Assembly (NCBI GenBank): GCA_035526705.1
Contig: DATLBX010000056.1
Coordinates: forward strand, 1,703 to 65,702
Direction of reading: 5' to 3'
Origin: Acidimicrobiales bacterium
Lineage (GTDB): Bacteria > Actinomycetota > Acidimicrobiia > Acidimicrobiales > JAHWKP01
Length of the DNA stretch: 64,000 nucleotides
Notes under the pieces: model-generated
Database searches by the model: none
Told to the model about the DNA's origin: nothing
The model's input: only the letters and a program-made list of their open reading frames with translations
Shown: one piece after another, positions 9,938 through 26,733 of the stretch
How positions within the stretch are numbered: the first letter of the stretch is position 1
How the letters are laid out: every line of letters begins with the position of its first letter
Position numbers and translations under genes: made by a program

Positions 9938-11056
9938 CTAATTGGCCGAGTCCTGAGAACGGCGCCACCTCAGGTACGCCTCGATAAAGCTGTCGAGGTC
10001 GCCGTCGAGCGTCGCCTGAATGTTGCCCGTCTCGTGGCTGGTCCGTTCGTCTTTGACGGCCTGGTAGGGCGCCATTACGTAACCCCGGATGAACGCCCCA
10101 CCGCGAGAGACGGCTCCCTGAGGCCCGCTCAGCTTGGCTAGCTCCTCCAAGCGCTCCTGGCGCTGCCTCTCGACCAGCTTGGCGGCCAGGATCTGCATCG
10201 CCTTGGCCTTGTTCTGCAGTTGGCTCCGCTCGTTCTGACACGCCACGACGATTCCAGTCGGGAGGTGAGTGAGACGAACGGCAGAGTCGGTGACGTTCAC
10301 GTGCTGGCCGCCTGCGCCCGACGAGCGGTAGACGTCGATGCGCAGGTCCTTGTCGTCGATCTCGACTTCGCCCGAGACGTCCTCTATGAACGGGACGACA
10401 TCCAGGGCGGCATAAGAAGTTTGGCGGCGAGCCTGGGAGTCGAAGGGCGAGATGCGGTACAGGCGATGTACGCCCTTCTCCCCGACCAGAAGGCCGTACG
10501 CATTGTGACCGCGCACGATGAAGGTCGCGGACTGGATCCCCGCCTCCTGCCCCGCGGAGACCTCATCGAGCTCGACCGAGAAACCCCGCCGCTCGGCCCA
10601 GCGCAGATACATGCGCAAGAGCATCTCTGCCCAGTCCTGCGCGTCGGTGCCGCCCTCACCGGAGTGGATCTCGCACACCGCATCCCGCTCGTCGTGTTCC
10701 CCGCCAAGAAGTGAGCGCACCTCCAGGGCGTCGAGTTCCCTGGAGAGCGAGCTGGCATCGCGTGCTGATTCCTCAGCTGTGGCGGAGTCCCCCTCGTCCG
10801 AGGCCATCTCCCACAACGTGCGCGCATCGTCGAGACGGGCGCGCATCTTTTCGAGCATCTCGATGTCGTCGCCTACGCGTCCGTATTCGGTGGTGACGCG
10901 GCGCGCTTCGTCGGGGTCGTCCCACAGGTCTTGCGCGGAGATCTTCGGCTCGAGCTCCGCCTTCTTGTTCTGCAGGGCCTCTAGCCCGAGGTACTCCTCC
11001 GCGTCAGCCAGTCGCGCCGCGAGCGCGTCGAAGTCCGGGGAATCGGGGAGCGCCAC
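9938..11056 (-). CDS. prfB: Peptide chain release factor 2
   Basis: SPF motif (ISPFDSQ) and GGQ motif (GAGGQHVN). It is a single uninterrupted 372-aa frame. Confidence 0.95.
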   Translation of the reverse strand: MALPDSPDFDALAARLADAEEYLGLEALQNKKAELEPKISAQDLWDDPDEARRVTTEYGRVGDDIEMLEKMRARLDDARTLWEMASDEGDSATAEESARDASSLSRELDALEVRSLLGGEHDERDAVCEIHSGEGGTDAQDWAEMLLRMYLRWAERRGFSVELDEVSAGQEAGIQSATFIVRGHNAYGLLVGEKGVHRLYRISPFDSQARRQTSYAALDVVPFIEDVSGEVEIDDKDLRIDVYRSSGAGGQHVNVTDSAVRLTHLPTGIVVACQNERSQLQNKAKAMQILAAKLVERQRQERLEELAKLSGPQGAVSRGGAFIRGYVMAPYQAVKDERTSHETGNIQATLDGDLDSFIEAYLRWRRSQDSAN

Positions 11057-11062
11057 AGCCGC

Positions 11063-13897
<2,835 letters not shown>

Positions 13898-13922
13898 GAC
13901 GAACCGTTGAGCTTACGTGCGG

Positions 13923-13941
13923 GCGTGGGGCAGCCCCACGC
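13923..13941 (-). terminator. GC-rich hairpin downstream of the response-regulator gene
   Basis: GCGTGGGG-CAG-CCCCACGC, an 8-bp perfect stem between the regulator stop (13972) and the secA start (13897). It has no U-tract. Confidence 0.35.
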
Positions 13942-13971
13942 TCCGCCGGCGCCGGGCTGGAGAGCCCAGGC

Positions 13972-14688
13972 CTAACTGCTCGGGGAGTCCTCGCCTTCGT
14001 TGAGGTCGAGCAGCTGGCGGCGCATCGCGTAGAGAACGGCCTCCATGCGGCTGTGGAGGTGCAGCTTCTCCAGGATGTTGCGCACGTGATTCTTCACCGT
14101 GTTCTCGGAGATGTAGAGGTCGACGCCGATCTCCTTGTTGCTCATGCCGCGGGCGACATGGCGGAGCACTTCGAGTTCGCGGGCGGTGAGCTGCGGCCCG
14201 GCCGACTCTTGCTTCGCGTCGGCCCGCTGGGCCATCGAGGAGAACTCGTTCAGCAGCTTGGAGGCCATCGCCGGCGAGATACGGCTCTGGCCGGCCATGA
14301 CGTCGCGAACTGCCTCCGCAATCTCGTCGACCGCGACGTCTTTGAGGAGGTACCCGTTGGCGCCGGCCTTGATGGCGTCGTAGAGGTCGTCCTCCTCGTC
14401 GCTGATAGTGAGCATGACGATCTTGGTCGTCGGTGTTTCGTCGCGTATGCGGCGGGCGGCCTCGATCCCGTTCATTCGCGGCATGCGCACGTCCATGACG
14501 ACCACATCGGGCGCCAGGTCGGCCGCCTTGGCGACAGCCTCCTCACCGTTCTCGGCTTCGCCGATTACGTCGATCCCGTCCTCGGTGCCCAGCATCGAAC
14601 AGAGCCCCCGGCGGAAGATCGCCTGGTCGTCTGCGATCAGGACGCGGGTGCCACTGGAGGTCTCTTCGACTGCGGAGGTGTCGCTCAT
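13972..14688 (-). CDS. NarL/LuxR-family response regulator
   Basis: REC domain (DVVVMDVRMPRMNG) plus LuxR HTH (LTARELEVLRHVARGMSNKEIGVDLYISENTVKNHV). Its ATG overlaps the hpf stop (ATGA). Confidence 0.9.
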   Translation of the reverse strand: MSDTSAVEETSSGTRVLIADDQAIFRRGLCSMLGTEDGIDVIGEAENGEEAVAKAADLAPDVVVMDVRMPRMNGIEAARRIRDETPTTKIVMLTISDEEDDLYDAIKAGANGYLLKDVAVDEIAEAVRDVMAGQSRISPAMASKLLNEFSSMAQRADAKQESAGPQLTARELEVLRHVARGMSNKEIGVDLYISENTVKNHVRNILEKLHLHSRMEAVLYAMRRQLLDLNEGEDSPSS

Positions 14689-15275
14689 ATGGCCTCGATC
14701 ATGCCAATCTCGCCGTCGTTCCGGTGGTATACGACCGCAGCACGGCCATTTTCGCTACTGGTGAACAGAAAAAAGGCATGGCCGAGCAGGTCCATTTGGA
14801 GCGCGGCCTCGTCGGGCGTCATGGGCTTCATCTCGAAGCGCTTGGTGCGGATGATGCTGTGATCCGCACCGTTCTGGCTTTCGGTGATCTCGGCGGGCTC
14901 ACCCTCCAGCAGGTCGGCGGGCAACTCCCCTGGCGGAGCCGCCTTCGAAGGCAGCGTGCTGCGCCGGGGGTGTGACCGGCCCACGAGCTTGCCCTTGAGC
15001 TTCTCCAGGCTGTGCTCCAGCTTGTTGGCCACTCGGTCGACCGCGGCGCATATATCGGTCGCGCTGGCCTTGGCCCGCACGACGTGACCGTGTCCGTGGA
15101 GGGTGACCTCGCAGGTCTCGCGGTCGGCGATTCGGGGATTTTTTTCCTCGGTGAAGCGCACCTCGGCGGTGTCCATACCCTCGAGGAACCGTTCCAGACG
15201 GGCCAGCCTCTCGTGGGCATGTGCCTTGACGTGCTCCGGCACCTCGACATGCCTTCCCCGAACCGCTATCTGCAT
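14685..15275 (-). CDS. hpf: Ribosome hibernation promoting factor, long form
   Basis: N-terminal S30AE/YfiA domain, a linker, and the C-terminal dimerisation domain (FEMKPMTPDEAALQMDLLGHAFFLF). Confidence 0.9.
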   Translation of the reverse strand: MQIAVRGRHVEVPEHVKAHAHERLARLERFLEGMDTAEVRFTEEKNPRIADRETCEVTLHGHGHVVRAKASATDICAAVDRVANKLEHSLEKLKGKLVGRSHPRRSTLPSKAAPPGELPADLLEGEPAEITESQNGADHSIIRTKRFEMKPMTPDEAALQMDLLGHAFFLFTSSENGRAAVVYHRNDGEIGMIEAI

Positions 15276-15432
15276 CTAGACCTCATCTCTCTAGGTTCGC
15301 AACAGAGCTGGACCATGCGCAGCTGACCTGATCTTTGACCCCACATCCGCCTTGGAGACTGGTCCGCACGACTGTCGTGAGGGCTCCAAGGACTTACTTC
15401 TAAACCGCGCCATGCTCAGCAGGTCACCAATC

Positions 15433-15457
15433 GGCGGGCGAAGGGTTGGCCCCCGCC
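15433..15457 (-). repeat. Single copy of the GGCGGGGGCC..CCCTTCGCC hairpin motif in the hpf upstream spacer
   Basis: The - strand reads GGCGGGGGCCAACCCTTCGCCCGCC. The stem is the same as in the ftsH and ahcY copies, with a shorter loop. Confidence 0.5.
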
Positions 15458-15512
15458 TTGAATGGGTGGTCCGCCTTACGTGGGTCGTTTTGCCCGCGGC
15501 TGGCATCGACTT

Positions 15513-15534
15513 GGAACGAAGCGAACTTCGTTCC
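15513..15534 (-). terminator. Perfect 9-bp hairpin downstream of comF
   Basis: The + strand reads GGAACGAAG-CGAA-CTTCGTTCC, which gives a UUCG tetraloop on the - strand. It lies about 50 nt after the comF stop. Confidence 0.45.
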
Positions 15535-15585
15535 GCAACCACAGACCTGCGCACGGTCCATCAGCGAATGGTACGTGGCGAGAAC

Positions 15586-16170
15586 TCAGAGGCTGGCGGG
15601 AGCCCGACTGACGGCCAGCGCGGCCGCGTAAACCTCGGATGCGCCGACTGACCGGAGCGCGGCGGCGGCCGAGGCCAGCGTCGCGCCCGTGGTGACGACG
15701 TCGTCGATGAGGAGCACGGGCACCGCGACGAGCCGGCGGGCGGAGAGCTCCGGCCCGGCTCTGCGTGCGGCACCGCCGAGACCTTCCTGCGCGTGTCCAC
15801 GGCGCTGAAGCAGGCGCCGGCAGGGCAGACGAAGGCGACGCGCCACCGCCTTCGCCAGGAGAAGACTCTGGTCGTAGCCGCGCTCGCTCCGCCGTGCCCG
15901 GGTGGTCGGCACCCAGGTGACCATCTCCGGGTCCTCTGCCCAGGTCTCGACGCGCACGGCCGCTGCGAGCCGATCCGCCAGAGCCGGGACCGCGCCGACG
16001 GACCGGTTGTGTTTCAGCCCCAGAACCAGTTCTCGATCGGGGCCCCGGTAATCGAACAGGACCACCAAACCGGAGACGCCGTCCGGAGCGCTGACCTCGA
16101 GTGTTTCATCCACCCGCGGCAAGTTACAGACGGCTGGTGACCGACGGCTAAGGCTGAAGCAGGCGTCCAA
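15586..16170 (-). CDS. ComF family phosphoribosyltransferase-domain protein
   Basis: PRTase motif VLLIDDVVTTGATL. The position upstream of hpf-secA is typical of Actinobacteria. The start is uncertain because it overlaps the permease stop. Confidence 0.75.
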   Translation of the reverse strand: MDACFSLSRRSPAVCNLPRVDETLEVSAPDGVSGLVVLFDYRGPDRELVLGLKHNRSVGAVPALADRLAAAVRVETWAEDPEMVTWVPTTRARRSERGYDQSLLLAKAVARRLRLPCRRLLQRRGHAQEGLGGAARRAGPELSARRLVAVPVLLIDDVVTTGATLASAAAALRSVGASEVYAAALAVSRAPASL

Positions 16171-16999
16171 GTCGTTTGCCTGCGATGCGCATGCCGGCGA
16201 CGCCCATGACCGCCAAATACGCGACGTTGAAGAGCAGGTCCGGCCTCAGCTCGCCCAGCACCAGAGCACGTTGCAGTTCCACGCCCTGATAGAGCGGAGT
16301 GAATTCGATGATCGTGGCGATCGCGTCCGGATAGCGGTCGAGGGGGAAGAACACGCCGGAGAACAGGAAGAGGGGAATCATCGCCAACGCGACGTAGTCG
16401 AAGTCCACGAACGATCGGATCCAGGTGGCACCCGCGAGCCCGGCGCCGGCGAACGCCATGCCGATGAGTAGAGCGGCGGGCAGGGCAAGGAAGGCCAGCG
16501 GCGACTCGATCAGACCGACCGCAGCCATGACGGCGAGAAAGGCAAAGGCCTGGAGCGCGCCGCGCATGAGCGCCCAGATGACCTCACCCGCGGCGACGTC
16601 ATGGACCCCCATGGGAGTGGCGAGGATCGCGTCGTAGCTCTTGGCGTACTTGAGCTTGATGAAGAAGTTGAACGTCGTGTCGAAGATGGCGCCGTTCATG
16701 GCGGCCACCGCCATCAGGCCAGGCGCCACAAACGAGCGGTAGGGAACGCTCTGCCCGCCAGGGGTCATCACGTCTCCGACCAGCGCGCCGACGCCGATTC
16801 CCACCGAAAAGAGGTAGAGGATCGGCTCTATGAACGAGCTGAGGAACACCATGCGCTGCTGGCCGTAGGCACGGATGTTGCGCTCCACCAGATGCAGCGC
16901 CCGCCCCACCGGGTTCGAGCGGTCCTCGGTGCGACGATCTTCGACGGCCAGGGTCATGAGGCGAGTCGCTTCGTGAAACTCCGCGTACCGAAACGCCAT
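16148..16999 (-). CDS. ABC-2 type transporter permease
   Basis: 283 aa, six predicted TM segments, ABC-2 family-like. It overlaps the upstream permease gene. Confidence 0.8.
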   Translation of the reverse strand: MAFRYAEFHEATRLMTLAVEDRRTEDRSNPVGRALHLVERNIRAYGQQRMVFLSSFIEPILYLFSVGIGVGALVGDVMTPGGQSVPYRSFVAPGLMAVAAMNGAIFDTTFNFFIKLKYAKSYDAILATPMGVHDVAAGEVIWALMRGALQAFAFLAVMAAVGLIESPLAFLALPAALLIGMAFAGAGLAGATWIRSFVDFDYVALAMIPLFLFSGVFFPLDRYPDAIATIIEFTPLYQGVELQRALVLGELRPDLLFNVAYLAVMGVAGMRIAGKRLGRLLQP

Positions 17000-17746
17000 C
17001 CGACCGCCGCCATAGCGACGAGCACGGCCGCGTTGATAGCGGCGTCGGCCCAGCGGGGCTCACCTGTCGTGAACATCCGGCAGAGGTCGACGCCGTAGTA
17101 CAGCGGCGACAGTCGGGACAAAGGCTCGATCCGGTCGGGGAGTTGACTGACCGGGAAGAACGTTCCCGAGAAGAGGAACAATGGCATGACCATCATCCGA
17201 AAGACGATGGCGAAGTTCTTGTCGGTCTCCTGCGTGGCCGACCACCCGGCGATCACCGCGGAGAAGGCGACCGCGGTCAGGATGGTGGAGGGGACCGCGA
17301 GGACCCCGAGGGGCGACAGCACGCCGCCGAACAACGACGCGATGCACAAGAACACCGTGGAGGACAGCGCGATTCGCATGCCCGTCCAGACGACTTTGCC
17401 GGCGTAGACGTCGGCCGGTCGGAGCGGGGTCGCCACCATGCCGTGGAAGAAGCGCATCCACTTCATGCCCGCCATCACGCCCCACAAGGAGTCGCCCGAT
17501 GCCGTCTGCATCGCGCTGGCGGCCATTATCCCGGGGACGATGAAGGCCAGGTAGTTGAGGCCCTGCACCCCGCCGGAGCGCTCGTCGACCAGCCCGCCCA
17601 CGCCGATGCCCATCGCCACCAAGAAGAGGACGGGGCTGAGGAAGGTGGAAAAGATCGTTCCCCGCCACAACTTGGAAAAGACGCGCATTTCCCGCTCGAC
17701 CGCGCGGGCGAGCGGCCACCGCCCCAGACTCGGTGCGGTGGTCGTC

Positions 17747-17754
<8 letters not shown>
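16954..17754 (-). CDS. ABC-2 type transporter permease
   Basis: 266 aa, multi-TM, and paralogous in architecture to the downstream permease. Confidence 0.8.
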
Positions 17755-18682
<928 letters not shown>

Positions 18683-18692
18683 GGTTCCGAAC

Positions 18693-19514
18693 CTACTGGC
18701 GGGTGGAGAAGCCGGCGGCCGTATTCAGCAGGGCCAGCGCGGCGGCGTCAGTCGTTATGTGCTCGAGGTCCGCCGTGGGGTCCAGTTCCACGATGTCGAC
18801 CGCGGCGACGGCCGGGTGGGCCCCGGCCGCGAACGCCGCATCGAAGAGATCCCTCGGCATGATTCCGCCGGGGCGGGAGCCGGGGCATCCCGGCGCGAAT
18901 GCGCGGTCGAGCACGTCGATGTCGAGATCGACGTAGATGCGGTCGCACTTCTCCGCCAGGCGATCGAGCTGCGCGCCCACCTCTTGGACGCGGTCCGGAC
19001 CAAGAAGCGTGATCCCCTGCTCGAGGCACCACCGCCGATCGGAAGCCGCGTTGGAGAAGCCGTGGATGCCGACCTGCACTACGTGATCACCCGGTAATCC
19101 CGAATCGATGAGGGCGCGTACCGGGGACCCATTACCAACGGCACCCGGCTCGTAAGCGCGGACGTCGTGGTGCGCGTCGAGCGTGAGCAGGCCCCACCGG
19201 GCCGGGTCGTCCACCGCGGACAACGCGTGGAAAGTCACGGCGTTGTGCCCGCCCATCACGATCACCAGCGGCGGCACGAGTGCAAGGGGCTCACGCGAAT
19301 CGCCCTGGTCGACCACGGCGACGTCCCGTAGGTCGATCTCTCGCTCGCCATGGAAGGAGGAAAGCCGCGCCAAACGGGCTCGGATCGCACCCGGTGCCCG
19401 GTCGTAGGCCGATGGCGTCACGGAATGTTCGGTGATCGGCATCCCGGCAACGACGATGCCGCCCTCGTGGTCGCCCGCCAGCCACTCGGCCGCCGTGGGC
19501 CACTCCGTGCTCAT
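18693..19514 (-). CDS. hutG: Arginase-family hydrolase, probable formimidoylglutamase
   Basis: Mn-site motifs LDAHHD and DLDIDVLD. It is the last gene of the hutH-hutU-hutI string, and its start overlaps the hutI stop. Confidence 0.7.
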   Translation of the reverse strand: MSTEWPTAAEWLAGDHEGGIVVAGMPITEHSVTPSAYDRAPGAIRARLARLSSFHGEREIDLRDVAVVDQGDSREPLALVPPLVIVMGGHNAVTFHALSAVDDPARWGLLTLDAHHDVRAYEPGAVGNGSPVRALIDSGLPGDHVVQVGIHGFSNAASDRRWCLEQGITLLGPDRVQEVGAQLDRLAEKCDRIYVDLDIDVLDRAFAPGCPGSRPGGIMPRDLFDAAFAAGAHPAVAAVDIVELDPTADLEHITTDAAALALLNTAAGFSTRQ

Positions 19515-20731
19515 CGCACTACTCGCCCTTCCTTGACGACATTCGTGATGACGTCCATGCCCGGGTGGTAGGCCAGGTCCACCCAGCTATCACCGCCGAT
19601 CACGATCAGATCACCCCGCGCTCCCGCGGTCAGGACTCCGATATCACCGCGGCGCAAAGCGCGCGCTCCGCCCAAAGTCGCGGCCCGCACCGCTTCCGTC
19701 GCCGACAAGCCATACGCGCTGCAGGCCAGCGCTATCACGAAGGGCATCGACGTGGTGAACGAGGTGCCCGGATTGCAATCGGTGGCGAGCGCTATCTCAC
19801 CTCCGGCATCCAGGAACAGGCGCGCCCCCGCATAGGAGGAGCGCATGCTGAAGCTGGCCGCGGGGAGCAACACCGCTACGACCCCGGCTGCGGCCAGCGC
19901 CTTCGCATCGCCTTCCGTCGCCTGCACCAGGTGATCAGCCGAAGCACAACCCAACTCCGCCGCGAGTACCGCTGCGCCGGTGCGATCGAGCTGCTCTGCG
20001 TGGATCCGCGGGATGAGTCCGTGGGTCTTGCCCGCCTCGAGAACCCGCCGCGCCTCGTCGATCGTCAAGGCACCCGTGTCGCAGAACGCGTCACAGCTGG
20101 TCGCCAGCGGAGCGCACTCCGGGAGCATCTCCTCGATCAGCCGGTCGACGTACCCCGGATCAGGGTTGAGGTGCGCACCGAGGAAAGTCGGTACGAGCTC
20201 GACCTCGGCGGCCAGCATCCGACCAGCGCGGTGCACGGCCTCCAGGCACCGCTTCTCAGTCGTAGTTTCGAGCCCATACCCCGACTTCACCTCGATGGTC
20301 GTCGTCCCCGTGTCGACGCATAGCGCGGCGCGCTCCTCGATCCCCGCTACGAGTTCCTCGAACTCGGCCGCCCGGGTGGCCTCCACCGTCCGCATGATCC
20401 CTCCGGCTTCGTAGGGTCGCCCCTCGAGGCGGGCCTCGAATTCGCCCGCCCGGTCACCGGCGAACACCAGATGGGTGTGGGCGTCTACGAACCCCGGGAT
20501 CACCGCGCCGCCGGCTGCGTCGAGTTCGGCCACGTCGACCCGGCCGGAGAGCTGATCTAGCAGTTCCGTTTCCGGAACTACGAGCTGCACGCGGCCGCGC
20601 TGGATGAGCACAGCGGCGGGTCCTTCCACGACCGGATCCGGTCCGTTCGTCAGGACTCGGCTGGCCCGCCGCACCAGCAGATCGCCGGGCGTAGGGGTCC
20701 GGACGCCTGCCGTTGTTGGCGGAACGTTCAC
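19511..20731 (-). CDS. hutI: Imidazolonepropionase
   Basis: Amidohydrolase motifs ([14 protein letters not shown]). The GTG at 20731 overlaps the hutU stop (GTGA). The 72-aa Arg/Gly-rich N-terminal extension in the ORF track is rejected. Confidence 0.9.
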   Translation of the reverse strand: MNVPPTTAGVRTPTPGDLLVRRASRVLTNGPDPVVEGPAAVLIQRGRVQLVVPETELLDQLSGRVDVAELDAAGGAVIPGFVDAHTHLVFAGDRAGEFEARLEGRPYEAGGIMRTVEATRAAEFEELVAGIEERAALCVDTGTTTIEVKSGYGLETTTEKRCLEAVHRAGRMLAAEVELVPTFLGAHLNPDPGYVDRLIEEMLPECAPLATSCDAFCDTGALTIDEARRVLEAGKTHGLIPRIHAEQLDRTGAAVLAAELGCASADHLVQATEGDAKALAAAGVVAVLLPAASFSMRSSYAGARLFLDAGGEIALATDCNPGTSFTTSMPFVIALACSAYGLSATEAVRAATLGGARALRRGDIGVLTAGARGDLIVIGGDSWVDLAYHPGMDVITNVVKEGRVVR

Positions 20732-22383
20732 CGCTGCATCGGCAGGTGGATGTTCTCCCGAGCCGCGACCTCCACGGCGCGGTCGTAACCCGCGTCGGCG
20801 TGGCGCATCACCCCGGTACCCGGATCGTTCCGCAGAACGAGCTGCGCCCGAATCGCGGCCGCCTGGGACCCATCGACGACGACCTGCGCCCCCGCGTGGA
20901 TCGACTTGCCCATGCCGACCCCGCCTCCGTGGTGCACGGCCACCCACGACGCGCCCGAAGCCGTATTCAGCAGGGCGTTGAGAATCGGCCAGTCCGCGAT
21001 GGCGTCAGACCCATCGGCCATGTCCTCTGTCTCGCGATACGGCGATGCCACCGAACCCGAGTCGAGATGGTCGCGGCCAATGACGATCGGTGCCTCCACC
21101 TTGCCGCTGGCCACGAGCTCGTTGAACAGCTGGCCGGCTTCCTCCCGTTGACCGAGACCGAGCCAACAGATGCGCGCCGGCAGCCCCTGGAACTTCACGT
21201 GCTCCGGTGCCATCGCCAGCCACCGCTGGAGAAGCGGCTCATCCGGGAAGGTCCGCAGCAACGCCTCATCGGTCACCGCGATATCGCTCTCCTCACCGGA
21301 GAGCGCGACCCACCGGAACGGCCCTTTCCCCTCGCAGAACAAGGGCCGCAGATACGCCGGAACGAAACCCGGATAGGCGAACGCATCCTCGAAGCCACCC
21401 AGCTTGGCTTCGCCGCGAAGGTTGTTCCCGTAGTCGAAGACCTCCACGCCCTTGCGGGCGAACCCGACCATCGCGGCGCAGTGGCGCGCCATCGACTCGC
21501 GGGCGCGGCGCACGTACTCCTTCGGGTCTTCTTCTCGGAGTCGATGCGCCGCGTCGACCGATAGGTCCGACGGCAGGTACCCGTAGAGGGGGTCGTGAGC
21601 CGACGTCTGGTCGGTGACGATGTCCATGGGCGCGTCGCGATCCAAAAGCTCCGCGAAGGCCTCGGCTGCGTTGCCGACCACCCCCACTGACAGGGGCCGC
21701 GCCTCCGCAACCGCCGCCGCGCAGCGGTCGAGCGCGTCATCGAGCGAGTCGGCTCGCTCATCGAGGTAGCCCTCTCTCAGTCGACGGTCGACTCGTGCGG
21801 GATCGATCTCGACACACAGGGCAACACCACCGTTCATGGTGATGGCCAAGGGTTGGGCGCCGCCCATGCCACCGAGACCAGCGGTGAGAACGAGCCGACC
21901 TGCGAGCGAGCCGTCGAACCGCTGATCGGCGACCGCGGCGAACGTCTGGAAGGTGCCCTGCAGAATCCCTTGCGTGCCGATATAGATCCACGAACCCGCC
22001 GTCATCTGCCCATAGGCCGTCAGACCCGCGGCCTCCAGCTCCCAGAAGTCCTCCCAGGTGGCCCAGTCCGGTACGAGCATCGAGTTGGCGATGAGCACGC
22101 GGGGCGCCATGTCGTGGGTGCGAAAGACCCCGACCGGCTTGCCGCTCTGCACGAGAAGGGTCTCGTCATCCCCCAGTCGCTGCAGCGTGCTGACTATCGC
22201 GTCGAAGCAGTCCCAGTTGCGTGCCGCCTTGCCGCGGCCGCCGTATACGACCAGCTCGTCCGGGTTCTCCGCGACCTCGGGGTCCAGGTTGTTCATCAGG
22301 CATCGCAACGCGGCTTCCTGCTGCCACCCGCGGCACGAGAGGGAGCTGCCCCGCGCCGCTCGGACCGGACGGGGCCCGCTCAT
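20728..22383 (-). CDS. hutU: Urocanate hydratase
   Basis: 551 aa with full-length urocanase similarity ([13 protein letters not shown] site). Confidence 0.95.
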   Translation of the reverse strand: MSGPRPVRAARGSSLSCRGWQQEAALRCLMNNLDPEVAENPDELVVYGGRGKAARNWDCFDAIVSTLQRLGDDETLLVQSGKPVGVFRTHDMAPRVLIANSMLVPDWATWEDFWELEAAGLTAYGQMTAGSWIYIGTQGILQGTFQTFAAVADQRFDGSLAGRLVLTAGLGGMGGAQPLAITMNGGVALCVEIDPARVDRRLREGYLDERADSLDDALDRCAAAVAEARPLSVGVVGNAAEAFAELLDRDAPMDIVTDQTSAHDPLYGYLPSDLSVDAAHRLREEDPKEYVRRARESMARHCAAMVGFARKGVEVFDYGNNLRGEAKLGGFEDAFAYPGFVPAYLRPLFCEGKGPFRWVALSGEESDIAVTDEALLRTFPDEPLLQRWLAMAPEHVKFQGLPARICWLGLGQREEAGQLFNELVASGKVEAPIVIGRDHLDSGSVASPYRETEDMADGSDAIADWPILNALLNTASGASWVAVHHGGGVGMGKSIHAGAQVVVDGSQAAAIRAQLVLRNDPGTGVMRHADAGYDRAVEVAARENIHLPMQR

Positions 22384-23912
22384 TCGAGGGCGCCGATGGT
22401 GGCTTCGACGGCTGACACCACGGAACCGTCGGCGACCATGCCTGAGACCGCTGCGATCTCGGGTGAGACGAACCGGTCCGCGCCCGGGCCGGCGACGCCT
22501 CGGCGAATCAGCTCAACGACCGCAGCGCTGGCAGGGGAAGGAGTGAGCGGGGCGCGCAGATCAAGCGCTCGGGCGGCGGCCAGCAGCTCGATGGCGACAA
22601 CGCCCTCGAGGTTCGCCAACAGGACTCTCAACTTGCGCGCCGCGGCCCACCCCATGGAGACATGGTCCTCCTGCATCGCCGACGTCGGGATCGTGTCCAC
22701 GCTGGCCGGCGCCGCCAGGCGGCGGTTCTCCGCCACCAGCGCGGCCGCGCTGTACTGAGCGATCATCAACCCGGAGTCGACGCCGGGGTCCGCGCCGAGA
22801 AACGGTGGCAGGCCATCGGAGCGGTTCGCGTCCATCAGACGATCGATTCGCCGCTCAGCGATCGATCCGACATCCGCAGCGGCGATGGCGAGAAAGTCGG
22901 CCGCGAGAGCCAGGGGTGCGCCGTGGAAGTTGCCGCTGGACGCGACCGTGCCGTCGGCCAGCACCACGGGGTTGTCGATGGCTGACTCCAACTCGGCGCG
23001 GACCACGCCTTCGACCCACAGCAGGGTGTCGCGTGCCGCACCGGTCACCTGCGGCGCACAGCGCAGGGAATAAGCGTCCTGAACCCTGCTGTGCCCCTGG
23101 CGATGCGACGTGACGATTTGGGATCCCGCCAGGACCCGGCACAGGTTGCGCGCACTGGTGGCCTGACCCGGATGGGCCCGCAGCACAGTCAGGTCGGCGG
23201 AGAACGTGCGATCCGTACCAAGCAGCGCCTCGATCGACATCGCCGCCGCAACCTCCGCGGTGCGAAGCAGACGTGCCGCGTCGGCACACGACAGCACGAG
23301 GTTGGCGAGCATCCCGTCCGTCCCGTTGATGAGCGCCAGCCCCTCTTTGGCTTTCAGCGTCAGTGGGGGGATCGAGGCTGCGGCAAGGGCATCGGCGGCA
23401 TCGGCGACCGAACCGTCGCGCATCTCAGCCCTCCCCTCACCCATCAAGGTCATTCCGATGTGCGCCAGCGGAGCGAGGTCGCCGCTGCAGCCAAGGGAGC
23501 CGTGCTCGGGCACCACGGGAGTGATGCCCGCGTTGAGAACCGCGGCGATCTGCTTCGCGACTTCGACGCGCACGCCCGAATAGCCCATGGCCAGCGAACG
23601 CAATCGCAGCAGCATGGTCGCCCGGACCACTTCACGCTCGATCGCAGGCCCGATCCCCGCAGCATGCGAGCGGATGACAGCGGTCTGCAGGTCCGTCCGT
23701 CGCTCGGCAGGAATGAATACCGTCGCCAGCGCGCCGAACCCGGTTGACACGCCGTAGACCGGCTCGTCGGAACCGGCGAGCGCGTCGACGATCCCGCGGG
23801 ACGCAGCGATCGCTTTCTGTGCTCGTTCTCCCAGCGAAACCGCGGCGTCGTGCCGGGCTACCGCGATGACCTGCTCGGGCGTCAGCCCTGGTCCGTCGAC
23901 AACAACTCGCAC
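22380..23912 (-). CDS. hutH: Histidine ammonia-lyase
   Basis: 510 aa. The MIO-forming segment is [14 protein letters not shown], reading Cys-Ser-Gly at the triad. GTG start. Confidence 0.95.
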   Translation of the reverse strand: MRVVVDGPGLTPEQVIAVARHDAAVSLGERAQKAIAASRGIVDALAGSDEPVYGVSTGFGALATVFIPAERRTDLQTAVIRSHAAGIGPAIEREVVRATMLLRLRSLAMGYSGVRVEVAKQIAAVLNAGITPVVPEHGSLGCSGDLAPLAHIGMTLMGEGRAEMRDGSVADAADALAAASIPPLTLKAKEGLALINGTDGMLANLVLSCADAARLLRTAEVAAAMSIEALLGTDRTFSADLTVLRAHPGQATSARNLCRVLAGSQIVTSHRQGHSRVQDAYSLRCAPQVTGAARDTLLWVEGVVRAELESAIDNPVVLADGTVASSGNFHGAPLALAADFLAIAAADVGSIAERRIDRLMDANRSDGLPPFLGADPGVDSGLMIAQYSAAALVAENRRLAAPASVDTIPTSAMQEDHVSMGWAAARKLRVLLANLEGVVAIELLAAARALDLRAPLTPSPASAAVVELIRRGVAGPGADRFVSPEIAAVSGMVADGSVVSAVEATIGALE

Positions 23913-23948
23913 CCGCCGGACGCTAGCCAGCAGGCCCCCGCCCCCCAG

Positions 23949-23990
23949 CGGGCGTACTCCGACCGGCCCAGCACGCCGAAGTACGCCCGC
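23949..23990 (-). terminator. Long hairpin downstream of ahcY
   Basis: The - strand reads GCGGGCGTACT..(20-nt loop)..AGTACGCCCGC, an 11-bp perfect stem about 20 nt after the ahcY stop. Confidence 0.5.
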
Positions 23991-24010
23991 AACGGGTCAG
24001 TGTTCGAGGG

Positions 24011-26396
<2,386 letters not shown>

Positions 26397-26481
26397 TGGC
26401 TTTTCCGCATTCGGCTCGTCGCGGGGCGCCGGGGGACCCCCAGCCCCCACCGCGCGGCTGCGACCCAGTCCCCCATTCGCG

Positions 26482-26733
26482 TCAGCTCAGCGGCTCGGCG
26501 GGGTCCCAGGTGGGCCTGATGCCCTCCGCCGCCGCCTTGGCTTCCAACCGCTGATGCTCGTCGTCGCCCACCGCCTCGGCCTCGTCGATCAGCATCACCG
26601 GGATGTCGTCGCGGATCGGGTAGCGGCGCTTCAATCGGGGGTTGTAAAGGGCTGACTCGTCCTCGAAATACAGCAGCGGTCCCTTGTCCTCCGGGCAAGC
26701 GAGGATCTCGAGCAGCTTGGGGTCAAGTGCCAT
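26482..26733 (-). CDS. Trm112 family protein
   Basis: About 83 aa from the ATG at 26733. Trm112-like core LLEILACPEDKGPL...IRDDIPVMLIDEA. It overlaps the manB stop by 11 nt. Confidence 0.7.
   Translation of the reverse strand: MALDPKLLEILACPEDKGPLLYFEDESALYNPRLKRRYPIRDDIPVMLIDEAEAVGDDEHQRLEAKAAAEGIRPTWDPAEPLS

Noticed and set aside
9938-11056. A programmed +1 frameshift in prfB
   Set aside because: The gene is a single uninterrupted 372-aa frame from its N-terminus through the SPF and GGQ motifs. There is no early in-frame UGA or CUU-UGA slippery site.
22380-23912. The HutH MIO triad reading Cys-Ser-Gly ([14 protein letters not shown]) instead of Ala-Ser-Gly, as a possible functional novelty
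   Set aside because: As far as I recall, this variant is common in actinobacterial histidine ammonia-lyases. The gene also sits in a complete hutHUIG operon, so it is most likely ordinary.
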